Below, piece by piece: positions 31,936 through 41,745 of a stretch of 41,745 nt of DNA (position 1 is the stretch's first letter; every line of letters starts with the position of its first letter). The notes beneath the pieces are model-generated. The model saw only the letters and a program-made list of their open reading frames with translations, was not told the DNA's origin and did no database searches. Where the stretch lies: positions 1 through 41,745 of the forward strand of contig JAVECL010000157.1 of the NCBI GenBank assembly GCA_051942245.1, read 5' to 3'. This DNA comes from Trypethelium eluteriae. Taxonomy: Eukaryota. A program made the position numbers and the translations under genes.

Positions 31936-34900
31936 ATGGCGAGTTTCGATGAAGAAAATCAGTCAGTCCTCACTTTCGGCACAACGGCTTTTACTAATGC
32001 GTGGCTCGCAAAGACAAAACGGCATCCTAAAGCCACCAAATTTGCCTCGAATTCAGTACAGTGTGGGAAACCTCAAAAGCTTGAGGGATGAAACAGGACT
32101 TCCGCTCAGCACATCTCCGACCGCGCAGAGCGATGTCCTCACCTACATTGATCCAAATCGAAAGCTCGAAAAACTTACACGTTCTGTTCTCAATGGAAAC
32201 CCCAGTCAGACCATCTCTTCCACACCACAAGTGAGTATTACGAAGCCTCCGTCTGGAGCTATCCCATATCATGCCCATGAAACGACAATGTCGACCGAAA
32301 GAATACATGTCAAGGTTGCAGACATATGTATTGAAACTACGGAACAACGACCGTCGACCTACGCGTCTGTCGTACGCTATCAGCAGACGCAACTCAACGG
32401 TTCGCGATCACAACCACCTTCGGTTGTGTCATACGCACCATCTTTCCCTTCCAGGGCCAGCCCCCGAAAGAACAAAACTAATTTCACCAAGGAGGGGCAC
32501 AGTCGACCCAATGTATCCGAGGAGCAGTTTCTAGTTTGGCGGCGTATGGTCCCTCGAAAAGATGCTGCAGCATACAGGCCTCTTCTACGCCAGCTTGGTC
32601 TTTTCGTTCAAAAAGCCTTGGCTTTTGCCAGGAGCGACCATAATCTGATGCAGGAAGTCATCACACTTCTATCACAAGAAGGTGGCCTACGCAGGGTAAA
32701 CGAAGTGACCTCGACTTTCGACGAAGTATCCGCTGCCTCCTGGACCCAAGCATTCAGCGAGCAGATATTGCCTTTCCTGCAATTGATCTCTCATGATCAA
32801 ATTCTTGCATCTGCATTTCTCGAAGCGCCCCTTGTCAAAATCTATCAATTCGTTTATGGACCAAACGGATCTCGCGGTATTCCATTCTTCGCCAACATCT
32901 TTGCACTTCTGAAGGACCCCCTTTGTCTTGATCTTGGAGACTCGTCCGTAGCTGAAACGTACGAGCGTGTTGCAATAGTGCTCTCTAAAACCGTGAAATG
33001 GAACGAGAATGCCCTAGTCAATGAAAGTCTCCACCAGCTTATGGAATCCGTCTGTGAGGTAGTTGACAATGACGACGGCGACACTGCATTTCTCACTACC
33101 CGCAAATACTTGCAGCGGATCCGCCGCCGCTTCAGTCAGACAATCCCCAGTGCTCGCGACAAGATATATCGTGAGAAGGCCCAGGTCTTTGCTCCGGAAT
33201 TTCAATTCTTTGCGGATCTTCCCGGTAAGCTAGCTGAGCAAGGACCACGCCATGACAACGATTCTGAAGATATCTGTGGCATCAAGATTATGCCGACCTC
33301 GCAAGAAATACAGTCCGAGAGAGAGGAGTACTTACCATCGCGAGACCCTTCAACCTGGCATCTTCGAGGCTTGCCAGGTCTACTCGATTGGCACTTTCGC
33401 TTGCTACGGGAGGACACAGTCGGACAACTTCGAGACGAGGTATCAGCTGAGTTTAAGAGGATGCAAAACCCTGACGCCATCCATTCGCGAGCCGTACCGC
33501 GAAGATTGCGTACGCTCACCTATAACAACATAAACTTCAAGCATATACGATGCGATACCCATGGAGGTCTCAAATTTGTAGTGCAATTTGATCAGCCTCC
33601 AGCTGTCCGGTTATTGCCATCCATAAACAAGCGAAGGGAATGGTGGCAGATGGCGAAACGCCTTGACCTGAATTCTTTAGTTTGTCTGATTGACTCCAAT
33701 GGGTCGGCGATCTTTTGCAGCGTCTGCGGCTCCATCAATATTGAACCAGCGAAAGGATCAAACCTCCATGCCAAAGCGATGGAAGAAAATCTCAAGCTAC
33801 TGGCCCGCGACCAGAACTCCGCATTCGTGACTTTGGAGCCTGTTCAACGTGAAATGGCCAGCCTGAGGGAAATTCTAGGTCGCTTCCGTGGATCTCCCCT
33901 TTTCAAAAGAGAATCCCTCGTGGAATTTCCAGGAGTTCTGTTACCTTCATTCCAGGCTACACTCCTTGCTTTGCAGGACATGGCCAAGTCTCTGGATCTT
34001 CCGTTTTCTGATACTTTGGCTCCTGAGTCAAGCGAAGTTTGTGGACACCACAAGATTGCTCCTCCAAGCTATGCCATGCAAAAGGATTTCAATTTCAGCT
34101 TGAGCTCCGTTGTCGATGACAAAGATCTCGTACTATCTGCCAAGAGCCCCAACTTCGACTTTCAGCGACTCAAGGATAGGTCAACACTTGACGATACTCA
34201 AGCTAAGGCTCTGGTAGAAGCTTTGACGCATAGCCTAGCCTTGATCCAAGGCCCTCCTGGAACTGGTAAGAGCTACACTGGCGTCTCGATTATCCGGGTT
34301 CTCCTCGATAATCGCCAAGCGGCAAATCTTGGGCCAATCATTTGTGTGTGCTGCACAAATCATGCGCTCGACCAGCTTCTCGAGGAGCTTGTCACGAGCG
34401 GCATCCAGGATATTGTTCGAATAGGAGGCTTTTCAAAGTCAAGCATGATGGATGAATTCAATCTACGTAATATCGCGGAAGCGATGTCTTCGACACGAAC
34501 AGAAAGCAGGCGTAGCTGGGAAACTAAAAAGATACTCATGCACGACATTGATGAGCTTAACCAATGTCTGGATGCCCTTAGTCAAACCGACAATTGGGAG
34601 GCGGTCAAGCGGTTTCTCGAAGACAGATATCCGCAGCACCATGATGAGCTTTTCAGTGGATATACGGAGAATATACATGGCAATCTAGAGCTCGTCATCT
34701 CTGCTTGGCTCAACGGCGAGGTTCGCCGTGGGGTAGATGTCTTTGTAAATTCTATGCCTCGGTCTCTCGAAGACCTGCACTCTACCAGCTTGCATCAGAT
34801 GGCGCGGTCTGAACGATATTCACTGAAGGATGCCTGGATGTCCGAAATACGCAACGACGCCGAAGCTCGAATCCAGGATGCTTACGTAACATATCTGGAA

Positions 34901-37900
34901 AATAAGAGAGAATACGAAAAAATCAGGATGGATCGTAATCTTCGTTGCCTCCAAAGGACTCACGTAGTTGGCGTCACAACTACAGGTCTTGCCAAGTATC
35001 TGGACCTCTTGCGGCGCTTGTCATCAAAGGTAGTCATCTGTGAAGAGGCAGGGGAGGTCCTGGAAGCCCACTCTCTAACCACGCTTCTTCCGTCTGTTGA
35101 ACATGCGATCTTCGTTGGAGACCATAAGCAACTGCGTCCCAAAGTTCAGAATTGGGATCTCAACTCCCAGAATCCGAGAGGCGAGCAGTACTCCTTAGAT
35201 GTGTCTCTGTTTGAACGTCTCGTTGAACCTCAAATTGGGTCGGTCCAATTGCCTTTCAGTACTCTCGAAACCCAACGGCGCATGGACCCGTCGATTTCAC
35301 GATTGATCAAGGAAACCTTGTATCCTAATCTCAAAGACTCATTGGCCGTACAAGACTATCCGATGGTGCAAGGCATGAGGAAGAGGTTGTTCTGGTTCCA
35401 CCATCAGCAGCCCGAGACAACCCAGGATCCTACGAGACTGATTTCAGCCTCGTACTCTAACGAATTTGAAGTCGAATTTGTCGCCGCCCTAGTTTCACAT
35501 CTCGTAAAACAAAATGTCTATGGAGAAGGAGATATCGCTGTCCTCACGCCTTACTTGGGGCAACTCATGAGATTGCGGAAAAGGTTAAGATCATCTTACG
35601 AAATCGTACTTGGCGAACGAGATGTCGAAGAACTTGGGCAGGCAGGTCTTGACGAACTGGATGACCAAGATATGCAACCGGAGACGTTCATTGAAAAGAC
35701 GACTCTTCTCAAAGCATTGAGGGTGTCGACTGTCGACAACTTCCAGGGTGAGGAAGCCAAAGTTGTCGTCATTTCTCTGGTCCGAAGCAACAAGGAACAA
35801 CAATGTGGCTTTCTTCGCACCTCAAACAGAATCAATGTGCTATTATCGCGCGCCAAGCACGGGATGTACATCATTGGCAACGCCAATACCTCGTACAAAG
35901 TCGACATGTGGGCACGTGTGATCAAGATGCTCGACCAAGATGATAATTTTGGCGAGCGCCTTGAGCTTCAATGTCCACGTCATCCTGAATCTAGGATCTA
36001 TGTTGCGAAGCCAGAAGACTTTCACCTCGTGGCTCCAGAAGGAGGCTGCGGTCAGCCCTGCGGTAAAGATCTTAGATGCGGCCACGCTTGTAAGCAGATT
36101 TGTCACTCAGATCTCTTGCATAGTGCTGTCTACTGTCTGGAACGTTGCCCGAGATCACGAACCAAATGTGATCATCCGTGTCCAAAACCGTGCGGAGATC
36201 CTTGTCCCAAGAATTGTGAAGTCATCGTTCAGGACATCGAGCTGGCGTGCGGACACACTCAAAATGTTTCTTGCTGGCTTTCGCAGAAGAAAGGAGACAT
36301 CAAATGTCAGGCGAAGGTTGACAAAATTGTACCTGGTTGTGGGCACACGATCAAGGTGCCTTGCTATACGGACGTCACTACCAAGTCTTTCAAATGCAGA
36401 GGGGAGTGCGGCGTGATGCGTAGCTGTGGACATACGTGCAAGAAGGCCTGCTATAAGTGCAGAGAATGCTCAGAGGAAAGTGTCTCGCGCGAAGAGCATG
36501 GCGCCTGCGAACAAATTTGTGGACAAGAATACAGCACTTGCAGCCACAGATGCGCTATGAAGTGTCACAAAGGTAGCCTATGTCCGTCTTGTACTGCTCC
36601 ATGCGAGAATGCTTGCAGTCATTCAAAGTGCGGGAAACTCTGTGGGGAGCCTTGCCCGCCGTGCATGGAGCCAAGGTGCTCGTCCGCATGTCCTCACAAA
36701 GGTCATTGTACTATGCCATGTGCAGCGCCTTGTGATTGGCTGCCCTGCGAGAAACGCTGCGAGAAAACACTGTCCTGTGGTCATCGTTGTAAGTTGAAGC
36801 GTCTCTTGTTTGCATTCCGGGTATCTGAAGGTGGAAGACTGGATCACTAATTCTTGTCCAACAGGTCCTACTGTATGCGGAGAGCCATGCCCAGATAAGA
36901 GCTATTGTCAAATTTGTGCTCCGCAAAAGGTAAAGGGCCAGGTTGTTGATTTCATTGATAAGAGCGCATACAAGGACGTCGACCTGGACCGGACTCCTGT
37001 TATCGTGCCCCAGTGCGGCCATGTTCAGACGATTGAGAGTATGGATGGTCTCATGCAGATGATCTCTCATTACGCAATGCAGCCAGATGGCAGAATCACA
37101 CGGCTGAAGTCCTCTTCACAACCATTTTCCTGTGGAGAATTGAAGGCGTGTCCGGTCTGTCGCTCTTCGCTTAGAGGTGTGGCTCGGTATGGTCGTATTG
37201 TACGACGCGCAATCTTGGACTCTTCAACGAAGAAACTTCTCATCTGGGCGAACAAGACGTATTACCCACTCTCACAGCAGATGATTGCAAAAGAAGAACA
37301 ACTTCTGAGTAGTCGAGAGTCATTCGTGGCGGCACCGACGCCTCCACACCTGCGGGTCCAACTGTTGCGAATCGAAGGCTCACGCGCAACGTACCTGGAC
37401 GTAGTCCGAAGCTTTCCAAGTTATCAGAGTCGCTATGCCTCGGTACTGGGCCTACGTAGCTCGATTAACCTTTTTGCTCATCGTATTTGCAGCGACGAGG
37501 AGCCATTCACACGTCTTTTCCGAGCTGTCATTCAGAGAGATCATCAAGTAGACATGGCAAATGCGAACAGCACGAGCACCGGAATCATGCAGACTCAAGG
37601 TCATGTCCTTGCCATCTCGTTGCTCATCCGCTGCGACCTTGCAATCTTTACGGACTTTCTAGCACTCCGACTTCGCGAGGTCCCTCAGCCAAGGCTACGT
37701 ATGGATCTCAGTGCTGCTCGCAAGGACTGTCAAGATCTCATTGACAATGCTGGAGCTCGTGGCCAACCATTACAGGCAATTGAGGGCCACACCTTCTGGG
37801 CTCGCTGCGCGGCGCTCGAGATTGCTTGTACTGGAAACTCGCAATCGACCAAACGTTTACTGGAGGGTGCGGATTACCATTTACGTTATGCGGTTGCCAC

Positions 37901-38165
37901 AGCCGAGGTGTACGAAGATCAGACTAAAGGTATGCTCAAGGAAATTCATCAGGCACGAAGGTTGCTTGATGATGGTCGAAAGCTGGAGTACGAGATTTGT
38001 GCCGAGGAACGCCTGACCACAACAGCCAACATAGCTTCCGGATCCAGTCCACTGGGAAAGTGGTTCACTTGCGCGATCGGGCACCCGTTCACAATTGAGG
38101 GCTATGGTTTGGATGTTGCCGGAATGACGTGCCCCCAGTGTGGTGATGCGGTGATTGTGCTTTAG
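31936..38165 (+). CDS. ZNFX1-like SF1 (Upf1-family) RNA helicase with NF-X1 zinc fingers and a C-terminal RZ-type finger; exons 31936-31961, 32014-36788, 36865-38165 (5' structure less certain)
   Basis: GPRHDND..I.IMPT..E..S.R.EYLP, FRLLRED, Walker A IQGPPGTGKS, TNHALDQ, Walker B CEEAGE, GDHKQLRP, TVDNFQGEE, NRINVLLSRAKHG, repeated CGH.C...CH fingers. First exon has ACCATGG context and a GTCAGT..TACTAAT..AAG intron. Second intron 36789-36864 joins CGHR|CPTVCGE. Confidence 0.9.
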
Positions 38166-38557
38166 AGTGATTACAATGAGAGTGCTATCAGAACCGAGGA
38201 TGAAGACCCGGATGAAACGGATGAGCATATGACGGCAGTCGGCGGATATAGCTGAGAATAACGCGGTGAAGAAAATTCAATGGACAATGTTGCAGAAGCC
38301 CGCAGGGGGATAAAATACCACATAAGACGACACAAAAAATACTTGATGGGCATGGGCATGGGCATAGTAATCCGAGGCAATGCACGTAGATAGCTAGCAG
38401 AATACACAATGAGATGACATCTTGCTCGAAAATTTCCCTTGACCGGAATCACGGTTGTAAGCAGCCAGGAAATAATTCGGAAGGAATACCTAGCTATTGA
38501 TGTAGGAGAAAGCTTCCGCCAGAGCAAGAAGTAGCAACGGCAATCGTCGGCGTGTGC

Positions 38558-38580
38558 GATGGCGGATGGCGGATGGCGGA
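38558..38580 (+). repeat. Short tandem repeat (GATGGCG)x3 upstream of the NRPS-like gene
   Basis: gatggcg gatggcg gatggcg ga read directly, about 300 bp upstream of the ATG at 38881. Confidence 0.8.
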
Positions 38581-38880
38581 ACGATACCGTAGAGTAACTC
38601 AGGCAGGCGGCCATTTCTCGGACTTCCCACGCAGTGCCATCCACCCCATCTACCCATCCCCAATCTTCCGAACACTTCTTGTCTGCATCCGAACCGCCGG
38701 TCAGAGGGAAAGTCTCACTGTCAACGAGCCTCGAGAAAGTTTAACATCCTGGAACTTCTGAGGCGGCCCTGACATCAGGGCGCTTCCTTACATCATGGCT
38801 TTGAGCGTATATAATTGGGGTTGGCAATCCACCGATGGATACAACTCCATCATCATTGGAAACTGTCATTCCTCTATATC

Positions 38881-41745
38881 ATGGCGACCGAACATACCCA
38901 ACGAGCTCAGTGCAGAAATAATCTTCTTCCGAACGTCGTCGACCAGGTAGCACGAGAGACTCCCCAAGCTCTCTATGCCGAATTTCCAATTTCACCCCTC
39001 AATTATGACGAGGGCTACCGACAGATCACATACCGCGATTTTGCCAATGCCATTAACGGAGCTGCTTGGTGGCTATCTGATACGCTAGGCCAGTCGAAAG
39101 AACATGAGGTCCTCACCTACATTGGCCCGAACGATATCCGGTACACGGTGTTAGTCTTGGCAGCTATCAAGGCGGGATACGTGTTGTTCTTGACCTCTCC
39201 ACGCAACAGTATAGCGGCTCATGTCAAGCTCTTCGAAAGGCTCAAGTGCACCAAACTACTCTCCTCAGATCCCAAGCCGGCAGCTGTTAGTGCAATCCTC
39301 CAGGAACATGGCATGCAACATCTTGCCGTACCATCCGTTCAGACTCTACTCGACCAGGAGCATCCGCACTTCGAATTCGGAAAGACTTTCGATGAAGCGC
39401 GTTCCGAGCCGTTTATGATCATTCATACCTCGGGATCTACGGGATTTCCGAAGCCGCTGATCTATACGCACGAAACTATGACCAGAAACATCAACGCTCT
39501 GGTCCAAGATCCTCCAGCAGGGTATCAGTCCGTGTACAGACTGATGCAAGGCAAACGAGTGATGAGTTCTTTCCCTCCATTCCACGCTGCTTGCCTCTTC
39601 ACTTTTTTCTATTTAGCCATACCATTTGGCACGGTTATGATTGCTCCTGTGTCCGATGCCATTGTCACCGCTCAGGGGGTGGTCGATGCTCTTCACCAAA
39701 CAGCTGCCGATGTGGCTTTGCTTGTTCCCTCAATTATCATTGAAATGAGTCAAAATGAGGCCTTACTTGATTATTGTTCCCGAAATCTTGAGTGCTGTCT
39801 CTACGCTGGTGGCGACCTCCCCCAAGCTGTTGGTAATAAGGTGGCTTCGAAACTGCCAATAGTTTGCCAATATGGATCATCCGAAATGGGACTCACGCCG
39901 CAACTCCTGCCAGAGATCACGGACCCATACGACTGGAAATACATCTCCTATCACCCATGTATAGGCGTCGAGTTCAGAAAGATCGCCGATGAAAGCTACG
40001 AGCTATTCATTAACCGCAGCGCAGAAAAGGAGAATATGCAGTCAACGTTCGCTATTTTTCCAGACCTACAAGAGTACGGAAGCCGTGATCTTTTCCAACG
40101 GCATCCTACAATGCCCAACTTTTGGCGCTGGCATGCTCGTGCTGATGACATCATTGTTTTCGAAAATGGGGAGAAGACCAACCCAATCTCGATGGAGCAA
40201 CATATTGTGGCTCGAAATCCCGAAGTCGTAGCCGCAATTGTTGTCGGCACTCAACGATTCCAGGCAGCTTTGATGCTCGAGCCTGCCCCCAACGCTGCCC
40301 CGCAGAGCACAGCAGAGGAGGCTGCTTTCATTGAGAAAGTTTGGCCAAGTATTCAGGAGGCCAACAATATGGCTCCAGCGCACGCCAGGGTTGAAAAGGC
40401 TATGATCTTACCAATGAGTCGAGAAAAGCCTGCCATCCGCGCAGGCAAAGGTACTGTCCAGAAAGCAGCTACGTTGCAGCAATATTCAGCTGAGCTCGAC
40501 AAACTCTATAAGGACGCAGAGATGGATCCAGATGAAGAGTCAGATTGCATTGGAAGATCTCAAATTCAAGGCCTTGAGGCAATCTCAAAGAGTGTCCGCA
40601 ATATTGTTACCGAAGTACTGGGAAACTCCGAGATGGATGACCACGTTAGCTTCTTCGCTATTGGGGCGGACTCACTGTTGGCTCTGAGGATCACGAGAAA
40701 GTTGAGAAAGACTTTCAGCATGCCAGATATTGCCACTTCGACTGTGTACAGCAATGCATCGATCACCCAACTTTCAGAAGCAATTAATTCTCTTCAGGCC
40801 AACCAACAAGCTTCACAGACAGTCGACCGCGTTCAGAATCGAGAACAGTCAATGAATTCAGTTCTCGAGGAATTCCAGGACCAGATCCGTAAGATTCCTC
40901 GGTCTGTTGCCATAGGAGAACAGCCCGAAAAGGCCACCGTTGTTCTCACCGGATCGACGGGGACTCTTGGTACCTACATTCTAGGTGCTCTTCTTGACGA
41001 TCCAACAGTAGACCACGTCTTCTGCCTCAACCGTAGAGACGACGGCCTCGAAATCCAGCAATGCCGCAGCGATTCTGCCGATCTCGGGCTCGAGCTCACC
41101 AAAAGCCGAGTCACCTTCCTCAAAACCGATCTTGCTGAAGCCCATCTCGGCCTCCCGCCAGCCACGTACGACACGCTCTGTCAGCGCGCAACACTGATCA
41201 TCCACAACGCCTGGCCCGTCAACTTCAACCTCTCCCTCTCCACCTTCCGCCCGCACCTCACCGGCCTCGTCAACCTCTTCTCCCTCTCCGCCAGCGTCCA
41301 CCACACCGCGCGCACCTTCTTTATCTCCTCCATCGCCTCGGTCCTCAACCTGCACACCCCATCGCACCTCACCCCCGAAGCCGTCCTGCGCGACTCCACA
41401 GCCCCAGTACCCAACGGCTACGGCGAGAGCAAGCACCTCTCGGAGCTCTTCTGCGACTTCGCCTCTTCCCAACTGCAGCTCCCCACCGCCTTCGCGCGCG
41501 TCGGCCAGGTCGCCGGTCCCGCTCGCCGCCGCGGCCTCTGGAACCCCGCCGAGTGGCTCCCAAGCCTCGTGCTCAGCTCTATGGATATGGGCGCGCTGCC
41601 TGACAGCCTGGGGCCCGGCCTCAGCAGGATCGATTGGGTGCCGGTGGATCGGCTCGCGGAGGTGCTTGTTGAGCTTGCGCTGCGTCCCCAGGCGGCGACG
41701 GCGGCGGACGGGAAGGAGAAGAAGGAGAAGGAGGAGGAGGGGAAG
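38881..41745 (+). CDS. NRPS-like carboxylic acid reductase (adenylation, thiolation, thioester-reductase domains), apparently intronless, 3'-truncated by the window edge
   Basis: Frame 1 is open from ATG 38881 to the window end, which is why it is missing from the ORF track. A domain IHTSGSTGFPKP, QYGSSEMG, RADDIIVFENGEKTNP. T domain FFAIGADSL (Ser 40672-40674). R domain VVLTGSTGTLG, IIHNAWPVNF, GYGESKHLSE, RVGQVAGP. Confidence 0.93.
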   Translation, partial: MATEHTQRAQCRNNLLPNVVDQVARETPQALYAEFPISPLNYDEGYRQITYRDFANAINGAAWWLSDTLGQSKEHEVLTYIGPNDIRYTVLVLAAIKAGYVLFLTSPRNSIAAHVKLFERLKCTKLLSSDPKPAAVSAILQEHGMQHLAVPSVQTLLDQEHPHFEFGKTFDEARSEPFMIIHTSGSTGFPKPLIYTHETMTRNINALVQDPPAGYQSVYRLMQGKRVMSSFPPFHAACLFTFFYLAIPFGTVMIAPVSDAIVTAQGVVDALHQTAADVALLVPSIIIEMSQNEALLDYCSRNLECCLYAGGDLPQAVGNKVASKLPIVCQYGSSEMGLTPQLLPEITDPYDWKYISYHPCIGVEFRKIADESYELFINRSAEKENMQSTFAIFPDLQEYGSRDLFQRHPTMPNFWRWHARADDIIVFENGEKTNPISMEQHIVARNPEVVAAIVVGTQRFQAALMLEPAPNAAPQSTAEEAAFIEKVWPSIQEANNMAPAHARVEKAMILPMSREKPAIRAGKGTVQKAATLQQYSAELDKLYKDAEMDPDEESDCIGRSQIQGLEAISKSVRNIVTEVLGNSEMDDHVSFFAIGADSLLALRITRKLRKTFSMPDIATSTVYSNASITQLSEAINSLQANQQASQTVDRVQNREQSMNSVLEEFQDQIRKIPRSVAIGEQPEKATVVLTGSTGTLGTYILGALLDDPTVDHVFCLNRRDDGLEIQQCRSDSADLGLELTKSRVTFLKTDLAEAHLGLPPATYDTLCQRATLIIHNAWPVNFNLSLSTFRPHLTGLVNLFSLSASVHHTARTFFISSIASVLNLHTPSHLTPEAVLRDSTAPVPNGYGESKHLSELFCDFASSQLQLPTAFARVGQVAGPARRRGLWNPAEWLPSLVLSSMDMGALPDSLGPGLSRIDWVPVDRLAEVLVELALRPQAATAADGKEKKEKEEEGK

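Noticed and set aside
10544..41745. ALDH and carboxylic acid reductase as one aromatic aldehyde pathway cluster
   Set aside because: They are about 27 kb apart and separated by unrelated housekeeping genes.
1..41745. CRISPR arrays, transposons, tRNA/rRNA genes, prokaryotic defence operons
   Set aside because: The sequence is eukaryotic with spliceosomal introns. I saw no repeat-spacer arrays, terminal repeats, transposase or RT motifs, cloverleafs or extensive RIP-depleted tracts.

Overview
Intron-containing filamentous ascomycete (Pezizomycotina) chromosomal segment with short GT-AG introns and CTRAY branch points. I see no transposon, CRISPR array, rRNA or tRNA. Gene order: NSE2/MMS21 SUMO ligase (5'-truncated, +), RAP1 (-), SWF1 DHHC palmitoyltransferase (+), importin KAP123 (+) hosting an intronic box C/D snoRNA (snR71/U29-type guide), aldehyde dehydrogenase (-), alanine aminotransferase (-), PEX11 (-), a 62-aa Cys-rich CaaX microprotein (-), a NACHT-ankyrin NLR-like gene interrupted by one in-frame TAG (-), LSB5 (-), a probable pseudogene, an uncharacterised Ser-rich protein (+), capping protein alpha CAP1 (+), a ZNFX1-like helicase with a degenerate RZ finger (+), and a 3'-truncated NRPS-like A-T-R carboxylic acid reductase (+). 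Exon boundaries were read by hand and family calls come from motif recognition, not database searches. The most notable signals are the intronic snoRNA, the prenylatable Cys-rich microprotein next to the NLR, amber stops followed by open coding-like tails in both defence-type genes, and a stop-free, PY-motif-encoding first intron in LSB5.
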